Below the pieces are notes generated by a model. It made no database searches and was not told where the DNA came from. It saw only the letters and a list, made by a program, of their open reading frames with translations. DNA of 26,737 nt from positions 1-26,737 of the IMG/VR virus record IMGVR_UViG_3300016665_000732. One strand, 5' to 3'. This DNA is from a virus. Taxonomy: Duplodnaviria; Caudoviricetes. This document shows positions 1 through 8,575 of the stretch, piece after piece (position 1 is the first letter of the stretch; each line of letters opens with the position of its first letter). Position numbers and translations under genes: made by a program.

Positions 1-16
1 ATGAGCAGACCTGCGT

Positions 17-286
17 CTAGTCAATTTTATGGGCTAGGATGTAGTCACCTAAGATAGTAGCTTGGATGGCAAAGAATAGACTTTCAGTGTCATTAAGTGT
101 GGAGTGAGCAAATCTGAAGCGATTAACAAGGGCTTCTTCAATAAAGTACTCTTTATCGTCAAAGGTAAACTTGATGGTGGTAAGGGAGATTTGTTGGACA
201 GAAAAAGAGCTATTGGGGCAGAAGCGGTTCTTAATTTCGATAAGAAGTCTTTCCACATTAGACACAAGATGTTTAGTAATAGACAT
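17..286 (-). CDS. Hypothetical protein (~89 aa)
   Basis: Lies within track ORF 17..445. Start moved to ATG at 286 (MSITKHLV), preceded by GGAG, because the longer version overlaps the divergent gene at 396. Confidence 0.6.
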   Translation of the reverse strand: MSITKHLVSNVERLLIEIKNRFCPNSSFSVQQISLTTIKFTFDDKEYFIEEALVNRFRFAHSTLNDTESLFFAIQATILGDYILAHKID

Positions 287-395
287 AAAATACTCCATAG
301 GTATAATATAAAGGTGGTATAGTACCACAAGACAAGGTATATATAATACTATGATACCTATGACAAATCTATATTCATGAAGGAGCTGAGTCCCG

Positions 396-1361
396 ATGAG
401 TGACATTAATTTTATCCGTGGAACTTTCATCCAATTAGAAGCCACTACAACAATTCACTTAGGTCGTCTAGAAAGAAATATCTCTAAAGGGGATGTGATT
501 GAATTTGACGGCACCAACATTAAATACAATGGACAAGAAGTGGCCATGCCCGAATTGAAGTCTGGTGTAAAAAGAGGTTGGTTAAAGGTAATTGTACCTG
601 TGGCAAGCCAACCTGTGTTAATTGACCAAGCGTTAGAAGCAAAGAAGCAAGCATCTGTGGCAAGTAAGCCAAAGATGGAAGTGCAGAAGGTTTATGATGA
701 AGAGAGAGAAGTAAACTCTAGCTTAAAGAAGACCGAACAAGTTCAACCTAAGAAGTTCCCAGTCCAAGTAGACAAAAGAGAAGATGACCTTAGACCAGTG
801 GCTAAGGTAGACTCTAAGAGTGGTGCTTCAGTAGCGGGTCATGATGAGACTGGTGTAATCATGACAGAAGCAGGCATCAACTTGAAGACAGCGTCTAAAG
901 GCAAGAAGATGGTCTTGAATGATGCCTCCTCAATAGACGCAGAGCTTAACAAATTGGAAAACATGACATTCCAAAAGAACAAGTTTGCGGTTAAGAAAGA
1001 TGAAGATGCTATCGTGTTAAAAGACGAACCAGCATTTAATGCAAAAGATGTAGAGTTAGCATTAGCTGACAGCTCTGTAGAAGATGTGAAGACAGTAGAA
1101 GCACTAGACAGTAAACCTGTAACAGGTGCTGTGGAAGTGGGAGCACCTGAGGGAGAATTTGTATGGGACAAGACCTTGCATTGGCAAGGAAGAGCTAAGT
1201 TAGCAGTTGAGAAGTACAAAGACCAACCTGAGTTATTGGAAAAGGTAAAGGCAGTAGAGAGCAAGGGTGTGATTGACTTGATTAACAAGTTGATGGGAGT
1301 AGAAGCACCTAAAGAAGAAGAAATTGAAATTGCTTTAACAGACGAAGAAGTTAATAGCTAA
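396..1361 (+). CDS. Hypothetical phage protein, small N-terminal domain plus K/E/D-rich low-complexity body
   Basis: 321 aa ORF with AGGAG at 381-385. No recognised family. Confidence 0.8.
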   Translation: MSDINFIRGTFIQLEATTTIHLGRLERNISKGDVIEFDGTNIKYNGQEVAMPELKSGVKRGWLKVIVPVASQPVLIDQALEAKKQASVASKPKMEVQKVYDEEREVNSSLKKTEQVQPKKFPVQVDKREDDLRPVAKVDSKSGASVAGHDETGVIMTEAGINLKTASKGKKMVLNDASSIDAELNKLENMTFQKNKFAVKKDEDAIVLKDEPAFNAKDVELALADSSVEDVKTVEALDSKPVTGAVEVGAPEGEFVWDKTLHWQGRAKLAVEKYKDQPELLEKVKAVESKGVIDLINKLMGVEAPKEEEIEIALTDEEVNS

Positions 1362-1366
1362 TTTAT
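1354..1366 (+). promoter_or_regulatory. Putative late-class promoter element ATA-N5-TTTAT
   Basis: ATAGCTAATTTAT about 46 nt upstream of ATG 1413. The same pattern occurs at 11097 and 25679. Confidence 0.45.
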
Positions 1367-1412
1367 ATAAGAGTCCTATAGTGAGATTAAAACCTTGCTA
1401 GGAGGACAAAAA

Positions 1413-3215
1413 ATGTCATTTAGAAATAAAATTGCCAGTCTAAAGGCTGAATTATTAGACCAAAGATTTAGAAGTGCTGTGATTAGAACAGCGTCAAAAA
1501 AAGAGAATTTAGGGCCTTTATTGGATAGTGTGTTGCATAAGATTGCGACAAACCAAAAGATTTCGTCTATTGAGAAGATTGCGTTATCCCCAAAGGAATT
1601 TGCGTCTTCAGTGCATAGAAACGGTCTCTTTATTGTATCTGGCTATACTACTAAGCAAAAAGATACTCCCTCTCAAGTTACTTTAATCCCAGAAGAACAA
1701 TGGTTTGAGAGTATTTTAGTCGGTAAAGCTGTCTATGAAAAAGGTATCTTAGCTGTTCTTCAAGGTGGTGGGAGTCCCGATGATGTTTTAAGTGAGGTAT
1801 CTTTAACCCCAAAGATGTTGTATGCTCAATTTACTACTAGTTTAGAGCATGCTTTGGGGCAAGAAGTGATGGCATTTCTTAAGCCCAATTTTAATGCCTT
1901 ATCTATGTTAGGAACACCCGCTCAAATTGGGGCAAGCTTTGTGGATGCAATTTTAAAGGCCTTTTTAAGTGAAAAGAGTAGCCGTGCTTTAAACACAGAG
2001 GCTGTTGCTAATATTAAGAATAGTCATTTAGTTCAGTCTATTAAGGCACAGAACGAAAAGAAAGTTATGGAAAAGTATGTAGCTAACTTGATGGGTAGCT
2101 TTATGCCTGCTCCCAAGTTATCGTCTATTCTTTATCAATTAAGTCCCGTTGAATATAAGTATAGAAGAATTGGTCGTTCTGAAAATAAGCGTGTTACTAC
2201 TGATGTAATGCAACTCTTTATTAACGAAGGCTTGAATTTAAGTAAGATGGAATCCTTATCGGCATCCGCATGGGGTGGTGGAGCTGTTGGGGAACAATCC
2301 TTTATGTTTAATCAATATGTTCCCTTTGCAACCGCTTTAAAGATTAACAATATTTTAAAGCAAGATGCTTTTATTTGGGGATGTCCCGCTAAAGATTACC
2401 CCATTATGATGTATTGGCCCGGTAAAGGCTACGCATTAACCCCAGCCGGCGTTCAAGTTGTTGAGGGTAATGAATTAAGTCATATGGTAGAAGTGTCTAA
2501 AGAAGTAGAAGTAAACCATCCTAAACATGACTTTTTACAAGTAGACTTAGGTAAAGGTCAGTCACAACAACTTTTCCAAGCTGTAGGTGGCTTGAAGAGA
2601 GCTTTACAACCTTCTGTCATTTTACATCACTTGAGGGAGTCTTTACATAAGTTTAAGATTATTCCATCTGTGACAAATGGTAACTATAGCGAAAAGCATC
2701 AATTACCTGCTATTGAACAAATTGTACAATTCTTGCCCAATAAGGAATATATGGCATATTTCCAAGGCAAGTTTGATATGCTTCAGTCTAACTTCCCAAA
2801 TATTATGGGTAGCTTAAGCTTTTCCGAGTGGCTTCAAGCTCAACAAAAGCCACATACCCCCGTCTCAAATCTCGAAGATGTGGATGTTGTACCTACAATG
2901 GTGCCTGTGGATACCAATACAGGTTTGACAGCAGAGCCCGTTCCGGGCCATGCTGACCACCTTAGAGTGGGTGCAAATTCTAACCAAAGTGGGTTTGCAA
3001 AAGCATGTTTTTACTATCTCATCAATTTCTATCCCCAATTAAAATATAGTATGGTAGAAAAGAAGTACTCAGCGGGTCGTGGTGGTTCTTTTGGGTTTAA
3101 TTTCTTTACAGCGGGAGAGTCCGAACATACTTTTAGTGGACAACCTTTGACCTTTGAACAAGTAAATAACGATAGAATTAAAGACGATATGTTGCCAATT
3201 AGCAGAACCCGTTAA
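1413..3215 (+). CDS. Hypothetical protein (~600 aa), possibly an internal virion protein
   Basis: Long ORF. GGAGG at 1401-1405 supports ATG 1413 over TTG 1395. The N-terminus has clustered K/R-x-A motifs. Confidence 0.8.
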   Translation: MSFRNKIASLKAELLDQRFRSAVIRTASKKENLGPLLDSVLHKIATNQKISSIEKIALSPKEFASSVHRNGLFIVSGYTTKQKDTPSQVTLIPEEQWFESILVGKAVYEKGILAVLQGGGSPDDVLSEVSLTPKMLYAQFTTSLEHALGQEVMAFLKPNFNALSMLGTPAQIGASFVDAILKAFLSEKSSRALNTEAVANIKNSHLVQSIKAQNEKKVMEKYVANLMGSFMPAPKLSSILYQLSPVEYKYRRIGRSENKRVTTDVMQLFINEGLNLSKMESLSASAWGGGAVGEQSFMFNQYVPFATALKINNILKQDAFIWGCPAKDYPIMMYWPGKGYALTPAGVQVVEGNELSHMVEVSKEVEVNHPKHDFLQVDLGKGQSQQLFQAVGGLKRALQPSVILHHLRESLHKFKIIPSVTNGNYSEKHQLPAIEQIVQFLPNKEYMAYFQGKFDMLQSNFPNIMGSLSFSEWLQAQQKPHTPVSNLEDVDVVPTMVPVDTNTGLTAEPVPGHADHLRVGANSNQSGFAKACFYYLINFYPQLKYSMVEKKYSAGRGGSFGFNFFTAGESEHTFSGQPLTFEQVNNDRIKDDMLPISRTR

Positions 3216-3516
3216 TAGTTTTAGTTAAAGTATCCCAAACTTTATCGCTAAAGAGTCCACCTTTATTTAATCTAATTTCTTCAATTTTTAATCTAGTTTC
3301 GATACCGTCAATTAAACTAAGAACAGTAGGGATATCCTTATCTTGTGTTAAGAGCAAAGAGAATGCTTTATCCACTTTGGCAGATAAAGGTGCGTCTACA
3401 TAGCTTAAATTAAGAATATCGGGGCTACAAGGATACTTAGAATTAACGATAGCATTCCTTTGAGCATGGCTTACATAACTCTCCCTAGATTTTAGCTCTT
3501 TCTTGCTTTTTGACAT
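3199..3516 (-). CDS. Hypothetical protein (~105 aa)
   Basis: Within track ORF 3199..3567. Start moved to MSKSKK at 3516, after AGGGGG and directly after the upstream stop. Confidence 0.65.
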   Translation of the reverse strand: MSKSKKELKSRESYVSHAQRNAIVNSKYPCSPDILNLSYVDAPLSAKVDKAFSLLLTQDKDIPTVLSLIDGIETRLKIEEIRLNKGGLFSDKVWDTLTKTINGFC

Positions 3517-3517
3517 T

Positions 3518-4039
3518 TTATTCATCCCCCTTACAGATGTCTTTAATTTGTTGCTTAAGTGTTTCAATTTCTGGGTCGGAGGCTTCTTTTTCTAGTTGTT
3601 TCTTAAAAAAGTCTAAGCCTTCCTCACCTGCTAATTGTTGTACTCGATTGGCAATATAAGTTAGGATATCGCCTTCGACATAAATCATCTCTTTTTTAAA
3701 GGGGAACTTTAAGACCTCCCCGCTTTCTTGGGTAATCTCAACCTCGATAGCGGAAGCCTCGCCATTAGCACAAAGACTCCACTTATCTTGCAAGTATTGT
3801 AGGGTATTGCAATACAGTACGGGACTATCAAGGTTAGTGATGTCGAGTGCGAAGGCGGGGGCGTAGGTGTGGATATCGGCTTCTTCGAGGGAGGCTACAT
3901 TAAGGTTTTGGCGGATAATTTCGAGGACGAGGTAGACGGAGGCACAATAGAGGGGGGTGTTATGGCGTTCTAGTGGGGAGATGTCATTATTCCTAGCGAG
4001 GTAGATTTCGATGAGGTCGAGGGCTTGAATGTCTTGCAT
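3518..4039 (-). CDS. Hypothetical acidic protein (~173 aa)
   Basis: Within track ORF 3518..4195. Start moved to MQDIQ at 4039 (AAGGA upstream), with the GCTCATA motif further upstream. Confidence 0.7.
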   Translation of the reverse strand: MQDIQALDLIEIYLARNNDISPLERHNTPLYCASVYLVLEIIRQNLNVASLEEADIHTYAPAFALDITNLDSPVLYCNTLQYLQDKWSLCANGEASAIEVEITQESGEVLKFPFKKEMIYVEGDILTYIANRVQQLAGEEGLDFFKKQLEKEASDPEIETLKQQIKDICKGDE

Positions 4040-4183
4040 AAAAAAATCCTTAAAAGAGTTGGTTGTAACTATACATATGAGCATATATAACAGGAATAAC
4101 AGAGGAATATTGCATGCGATATTTTGTTTATTCTGAAGGACTTTATATACGGATAACTTGAACCTTAAAATGGGAGCATAGAA

Positions 4184-4552
4184 ATGAAAAGACAATCATC
4201 AAGTCAAGCATCATGGGCATTATTAGCACAAGGTGTAAATGAAGCTAGAGTTGAAGCTCATAAGATTAGCGTGTTTATCAACCAATTAACTTCAGCATTA
4301 AAGAAGAAGGAAATTGAAGAACAAGTATATGAGTTAGCAGGAGATACCTTGCTCGCATTACCCAAGGCATTGTTAAGTTTAGAACAGTCATTAGACAGAA
4401 CGAACTATGCTTTAATCAAGCTTGGGGACAACTTTTATCGTCAAAGACTAAGTCAAGATGACAGAGAAACAGTGGATTTAACATCTCAATACAGTCCAAT
4501 GCCAGCGGCCGCCAAAAGAGTGGCAACTCTTTATCTCAATAGACGTAAGTAA
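4184..4552 (+). CDS. Hypothetical helical protein, first gene of a putative structural operon
   Basis: 122 aa ORF with GGGAG SD and C-terminal AKRVATLYL. Confidence 0.75.
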   Translation: MKRQSSSQASWALLAQGVNEARVEAHKISVFINQLTSALKKKEIEEQVYELAGDTLLALPKALLSLEQSLDRTNYALIKLGDNFYRQRLSQDDRETVDLTSQYSPMPAAAKRVATLYLNRRK

Positions 4553-4561
4553 GAGGTTATC

Positions 4562-5455
4562 ATGATTTCGTTTAAGAGAAACCAAGTTTTAGGACGAGGG
4601 GACTTAGACATATTTTTAACCAACTCAACAGGTAATGTAGCAAATGCGGCGTCTATTACCTATGCGTTATATTATGTAGACCCCGGGCCACCCGAAACAG
4701 ATGTCTTAATTGGCAATTCTTTGAGAGCTCCCGAAAATCCCGCAGTAGGTGAATACTATGCGAGTGTGCGTATACCACAGACAGCGGCATACGGGACATA
4801 TCGTATTCGATGGACATTAAAGCAATTGGTAAACAGCCAACCTCAAGTGGTGGTGCAAGAGTTTTCAGTGGTACCAGAGAATGCGATGCTGAATTTAAGG
4901 GTAAATAAATCTGAGCAAGAGATGATTAGAAGTTTAAGGATTTTGTTAAGAGATCAGAACCCAGACAAGTTTTATCATTTTAGACCCCCAGAACATGAAG
5001 CGAACATAGGTCAATACAACCGAGTGTTTGGACAAGTGTGGGAAGACGAAGAGCTGTTAGAATATTTAAACCGAGCAATAGACTGGTGGAACATGATGCC
5101 CCCAGAGACGGAAAACTATAGGGATGTAAATACCTTAGTGACCCAGAAGCCGGCATGGAGAATGCCCGTATTGCAAGGGGCGATAGTAATGGCGGCGATG
5201 GCCTTACAAGCGAATTGGATTGTAGACGAGTTTGACTATTCAATAGGCGGTATCTCTTTAAACTTAGATAAGAGCAGTCGTTATGATGGTTTGAAGTCAA
5301 GTGCAGAGGGTTTGTGGAATCAAGCAGTGGACATGAAGGCAAGAACAACGAAATTTATACGAGGGCTTCAGCAACCTAAGTATGGTATCGGTATTAGAAG
5401 TGCATTCGGTCCCCACGTGGGAACGGGTGTTTTGTCGCCTCGTAATTTCCTATAA
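4562..5455 (+). CDS. Putative neck / head-tail adaptor protein with N-terminal Ig-like (BppU-like) domain
   Basis: Beta-rich N-half (GEYYASVRIP...GTYRIRW). The C-half has WEDEELLEYLNRAIDWWN and DEFDYSIGGISLNLDKSSRY, an arrangement typical of large-phage adaptor proteins. Assigned by eye. Confidence 0.5.
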   Translation: MISFKRNQVLGRGDLDIFLTNSTGNVANAASITYALYYVDPGPPETDVLIGNSLRAPENPAVGEYYASVRIPQTAAYGTYRIRWTLKQLVNSQPQVVVQEFSVVPENAMLNLRVNKSEQEMIRSLRILLRDQNPDKFYHFRPPEHEANIGQYNRVFGQVWEDEELLEYLNRAIDWWNMMPPETENYRDVNTLVTQKPAWRMPVLQGAIVMAAMALQANWIVDEFDYSIGGISLNLDKSSRYDGLKSSAEGLWNQAVDMKARTTKFIRGLQQPKYGIGIRSAFGPHVGTGVLSPRNFL

Positions 5456-5469
5456 GAAGAGGTGATAAC

Positions 5470-5769
5470 ATGCAGATAACATCAGAATTAATATGGCAAT
5501 GGGTTTTTAAAGTCGTCTCAGCGTCTATTGTACCTTTACTCATTTGGCTAAATAGTCTTTCAGTAGACTACAGTCTATTGAAAGAAAAAGTAGATGGTTT
5601 ACAGCAAGAGGTTAAAGACTCACATGATAAAATTAGAGAATTAGAAATTAATCAAGCTAGGACGGACCAGTCTTTAACAAACATTCAGTCATCTGTAAAG
5701 GATATCCAAGATACCGTTAAAGAAATCTACCGTCTAATAAGCTCCAATCATCCCAATAAGGAGAAATAA
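5470..5769 (+). CDS. Membrane protein with coiled coil, holin / XhlA-like candidate
   Basis: N-terminal hydrophobic helix (WQWVFKVVSASIVPLLIWL) followed by a heptad coiled coil. GAGGTG SD. Confidence 0.5.
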   Translation: MQITSELIWQWVFKVVSASIVPLLIWLNSLSVDYSLLKEKVDGLQQEVKDSHDKIRELEINQARTDQSLTNIQSSVKDIQDTVKEIYRLISSNHPNKEK

Positions 5770-5770
5770 G

Positions 5771-6235
5771 ATGGTAGCCGAAAAGTCTTATCTTGTAATA
5801 ATGCTAGTATCAGCTTTTCTACTTATGTCAGGAACAGACCATCTCACATCAGGCCAAAGTCCTTTTAAGGACATTGGCGAGGATAGGGATATGGGAGGGA
5901 TGTCACCAGACATGCACTATTATGACATGGGGTTTGAGCCTCCGATAATACCGTTACCCTATGAGCCGTTTCCAATATGTAAATGTTATAAGGATAGTCC
6001 CTTAAACTGTAGATGTGTAACAAAAGGATTTAGTAGCGTAAAAATAGAGGTGCCGTTCTTGCCAAAAGAGAGGAGTATGCTTATAGTAAAAAAAAAGTAT
6101 AAGACTCTAGGCGAAAAAGTGGTAAAGTCTAGCGATACCATAGTAAAAGACTTAGGGTTGATAAAAAAAGACCTTAATGCTATAAAAACACATTTAGATG
6201 ATGGAGATGTCAAACATGACGACTGCAAACAATAA
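5771..6235 (+). CDS. Putative membrane-anchored or secreted protein with Cys cluster
   Basis: N-terminal hydrophobic segment, then a Pro-rich linker and CKC...CRC. AGGAG SD. Confidence 0.6.
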   Translation: MVAEKSYLVIMLVSAFLLMSGTDHLTSGQSPFKDIGEDRDMGGMSPDMHYYDMGFEPPIIPLPYEPFPICKCYKDSPLNCRCVTKGFSSVKIEVPFLPKERSMLIVKKKYKTLGEKVVKSSDTIVKDLGLIKKDLNAIKTHLDDGDVKHDDCKQ

Positions 6236-6509
6236 TATTAAAGAAGCCGGTAAATTAACAGAAGCAGAACTTGCAGAATTTACCACATTAAGACAAACCG
6301 CCTCACAATTAGTGCAACAATTAGGAGCATTAGAGATGAGAAAGTCAAAGATGATTGGTGAAGTAGATGCTACTGAAAAGAAGGCACAAGCTTTATTAGC
6401 GGAAGCTCGTAAGAGACTTGGGTTGGGTGACGACCAGCCATGGCAGATTTTGGAAGATGGTCGTATTATGACCATTGAAGAACCAGCTAGTCCATCGACT
6501 CAGGGTTAA
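6216..6509 (+). CDS. Small coiled-coil hypothetical protein
   Basis: Track ORF 6198..6509. GGAG spacing favours the start at 6216, but this is uncertain. Confidence 0.7.
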   Translation: MTTANNNIKEAGKLTEAELAEFTTLRQTASQLVQQLGALEMRKSKMIGEVDATEKKAQALLAEARKRLGLGDDQPWQILEDGRIMTIEEPASPSTQG

Positions 6510-6756
6510 AAGTTTCTTTGAGATAAAGAGCCAAGAGTTTGAGCTTGAGCTCTACCCAAATAACGAAAGTTAGAACAAAAGAGGGGTCGCTTAACAAAGC
6601 GACCTCTTCTAATTTTTGGTGTTGATAACGAGTCATGCGACCGTCTTCCGGCATAACGACTGTAAATTCATCAGCATCTGGGTGAAAAGCAATAATTAAG
6701 TCTTGCTCACAGAGGAAGTCTTCATCCTCATATTCATCAAATTCTTCATTAGACAT
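6487..6756 (-). CDS. Small acidic protein with C-terminal hydrophobic helix
   Basis: Within track ORF 6487..6804, probable start MSNEEF at 6756. Confidence 0.6.
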   Translation of the reverse strand: MSNEEFDEYEDEDFLCEQDLIIAFHPDADEFTVVMPEDGRMTRYQHQKLEEVALLSDPSFVLTFVIWVELKLKLLALYLKETFNPESMD

Positions 6757-6781
6757 GATTTTCTTCTTTCTAAAGGGTTTT

Positions 6782-7543
6782 TTAACTGCTAGAGAGGTCA
6801 CCAAACAGATACCAAGTATCAGTAGCTGTTTTAATGAGAGTTACCGCACCATAAGTGTTTGCTATATATCTATTAGAGCTAACGGAGTTAAGAGTAACAC
6901 CAACGGTTGGAGAGATATTAACGGAGCCGGCACCAATGCGGGTGATGATAATTTGAGCCCCAGTGGCTATAGCAATAGACGAATTTAAAGGGATAGTTAC
7001 TGTAGTGGCAGTTGCCTTATTCATGGTAATCATTTTGCCTTCGTCTGATACAGCTAGTGTGTAATTGTCTGTTTGAGCATTGAGAGTTATTCTAGTAGCG
7101 GTTTGAACATAAGCGGTGTTTGCTAAACTAGTAGAATTGTCTAAAGCTGTTTGGGTTGCTGTAGCAAAATCCACTTGACCTACAGTCCCGCTAAAGACTT
7201 CGCTACTATTAGTCGCATCTGGAATAAAGGTTAGCTTTTGAGTAGACCTATCGAAGCCAAAGAAGCCTACTTTAGCTGAAGTGCCATCATGCCATCTAAA
7301 TTCTATACCCCTATCCTTATTATCATTACTAGACGGGGCTGTATCTCCCCCTAAAGTTAAGATAACATCGTCTATTGTCTGAGTGGTGCTGTTAATAGTG
7401 GTAGTTGTGCCATTAACGGTTAAGTTGCCGGCAATAACAGCATCTCCTGTACTACCTACTATGCTAAATTTAGTGTTTTTGTTACTGTCTATTACATATA
7501 AATTATTTGAATATGAATTTTTACTGAAGCTGACCTTAGCCAT
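6782..7543 (-). CDS. Tail fibre-like protein
   Basis: Contains fibre motifs GNLTVNGTTTTINST, DNKDRGIEFRW...GFFG, DNSTSLANTAYV and a C-terminal YTL...TIP...G.V.L...YG.VTLIK...DTWYLFGDL domain. AAGGAG SD. Confidence 0.75.
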   Translation of the reverse strand: MAKVSFSKNSYSNNLYVIDSNKNTKFSIVGSTGDAVIAGNLTVNGTTTTINSTTQTIDDVILTLGGDTAPSSNDNKDRGIEFRWHDGTSAKVGFFGFDRSTQKLTFIPDATNSSEVFSGTVGQVDFATATQTALDNSTSLANTAYVQTATRITLNAQTDNYTLAVSDEGKMITMNKATATTVTIPLNSSIAIATGAQIIITRIGAGSVNISPTVGVTLNSVSSNRYIANTYGAVTLIKTATDTWYLFGDLSSS

Positions 7544-7550
7544 TTTATCT

Positions 7551-7572
7551 CCTTAGTACATATATACTAAGG
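7551..7572 (-). promoter_or_regulatory. Inverted repeat occluding the SD of the 6782..7543 gene
   Basis: CCTTAGTA-catata-TACTAAGG perfect 8 bp stem. On the minus strand the 3' arm contains TAAGG of the SD. Confidence 0.55.
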
Positions 7573-7589
7573 GCAGAGGCATAAAGGTA

Positions 7590-8099
7590 CTAGGGTTCTA
7601 GCTGAAAGAGATAAATTTTACTAGCAATGGGTAAGATGCCACCACCACTAGGTGTGACAGAAACTGTTTTTATATAGAAAGAAGTATTTGCTTCTAAAAT
7701 AGCATCTGCTGAGTTATGGTATTGATTTAGACCCCCGCCATTAGGTGTGGGATATGAGGCATATAGGAATCCGAAACCCCCTTGACAACCTAATTGTAAA
7801 TTAGTGGTATTATCAAAAATCCCATAAAGATAGCTTTGATTTTGAATAGGTTGATAACCAGATAACCATACCTTTTGTCTTAATGTTGCTCTAACTAAAG
7901 TTTTTTTTGTCACTGTAATGATAGAAGTATCTAGACTATTTATTGAGTAGTTAGTGTTTTGTTCTAAACCAAAAGAGATATAATTAGAATCTAAACTTGC
8001 ATTAGTGAAAGTAGCTTTAAGGTCTGCACCAACAGTATCGGATTCGTCAGGGAATAGTAAAACACTAGGCATTCTGAGGATAGTTGAAGGTATGTACAT
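7590..8099 (-). CDS. Beta-rich putative fibre-tip / receptor-binding accessory protein
   Basis: 169 aa, S/T/G/Y-rich, sits in the fibre cluster, N-terminus MYIPST. Confidence 0.55.
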   Translation of the reverse strand: MYIPSTILRMPSVLLFPDESDTVGADLKATFTNASLDSNYISFGLEQNTNYSINSLDTSIITVTKKTLVRATLRQKVWLSGYQPIQNQSYLYGIFDNTTNLQLGCQGGFGFLYASYPTPNGGGLNQYHNSADAILEANTSFYIKTVSVTPSGGGILPIASKIYLFQLEP

Positions 8100-8573
8100 T
8101 TATCGATTCTCCGATATAGGTAGCATAAAAAGATGACTATTAAGGTCTCTTGTTGTATATTGTGGTCTTAGTATAGAGTTTATAGCTTCTGAACTATTAA
8201 TACCATATTTAGGTGTACCTAAAGCTACGATATTATTCCACCAAACTAGAACATAGGAAACCTCTGACATACTACCTATGTAAGCATTTTTATAAAATTG
8301 GCTTCCGGAATAATCTACCGGAATATTATCTTCACCAATAGTATTGTATTGAACATAATATTGATAATCTCCTGAAAATGCTCCAACATTGAAATGCCAA
8401 TTAGAAAAGTATAAACCTTTAAGTCTAGTGTTGTCATAACTAGCAGTAGTTTTTCTACAAAATTCAGCATCTTGAGTATATAAGAAATCCCACAAATAAG
8501 TGCCAAAGCCTGCTTCTGAAGCTACCGAATCAGCCTTTACATATTTAATAGGTGTGCTAGGAATATAAGTCAT
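8100..8573 (-). CDS. Beta-rich putative fibre accessory protein
   Basis: Within track ORF 8100..8588. Probable start MTYIPST at 8573 (GGAG upstream). Aromatic-rich. Confidence 0.55.
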   Translation of the reverse strand: MTYIPSTPIKYVKADSVASEAGFGTYLWDFLYTQDAEFCRKTTASYDNTRLKGLYFSNWHFNVGAFSGDYQYYVQYNTIGEDNIPVDYSGSQFYKNAYIGSMSEVSYVLVWWNNIVALGTPKYGINSSEAINSILRPQYTTRDLNSHLFMLPISENR

Positions 8574-8575
8574 TT

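Noticed and set aside
700-745. Thymosin/WH2-like LKKTE motif in gp396 as an actin-binding site
   Set aside because: Five residues in a K/E-rich disordered region are likely chance, and WH2 binding is specific to eukaryotic-type actin.
839-1288. Antisense and alternate-frame ORFs (e.g. 839..1288, 4980..5348, 9486..9761, 14091..14372, 18867..19193, 24351..24800, 24382..24861, 26009..26383, 26507..26710)
   Set aside because: They are shadows of better-supported genes and have no convincing SD or protein-like motifs.
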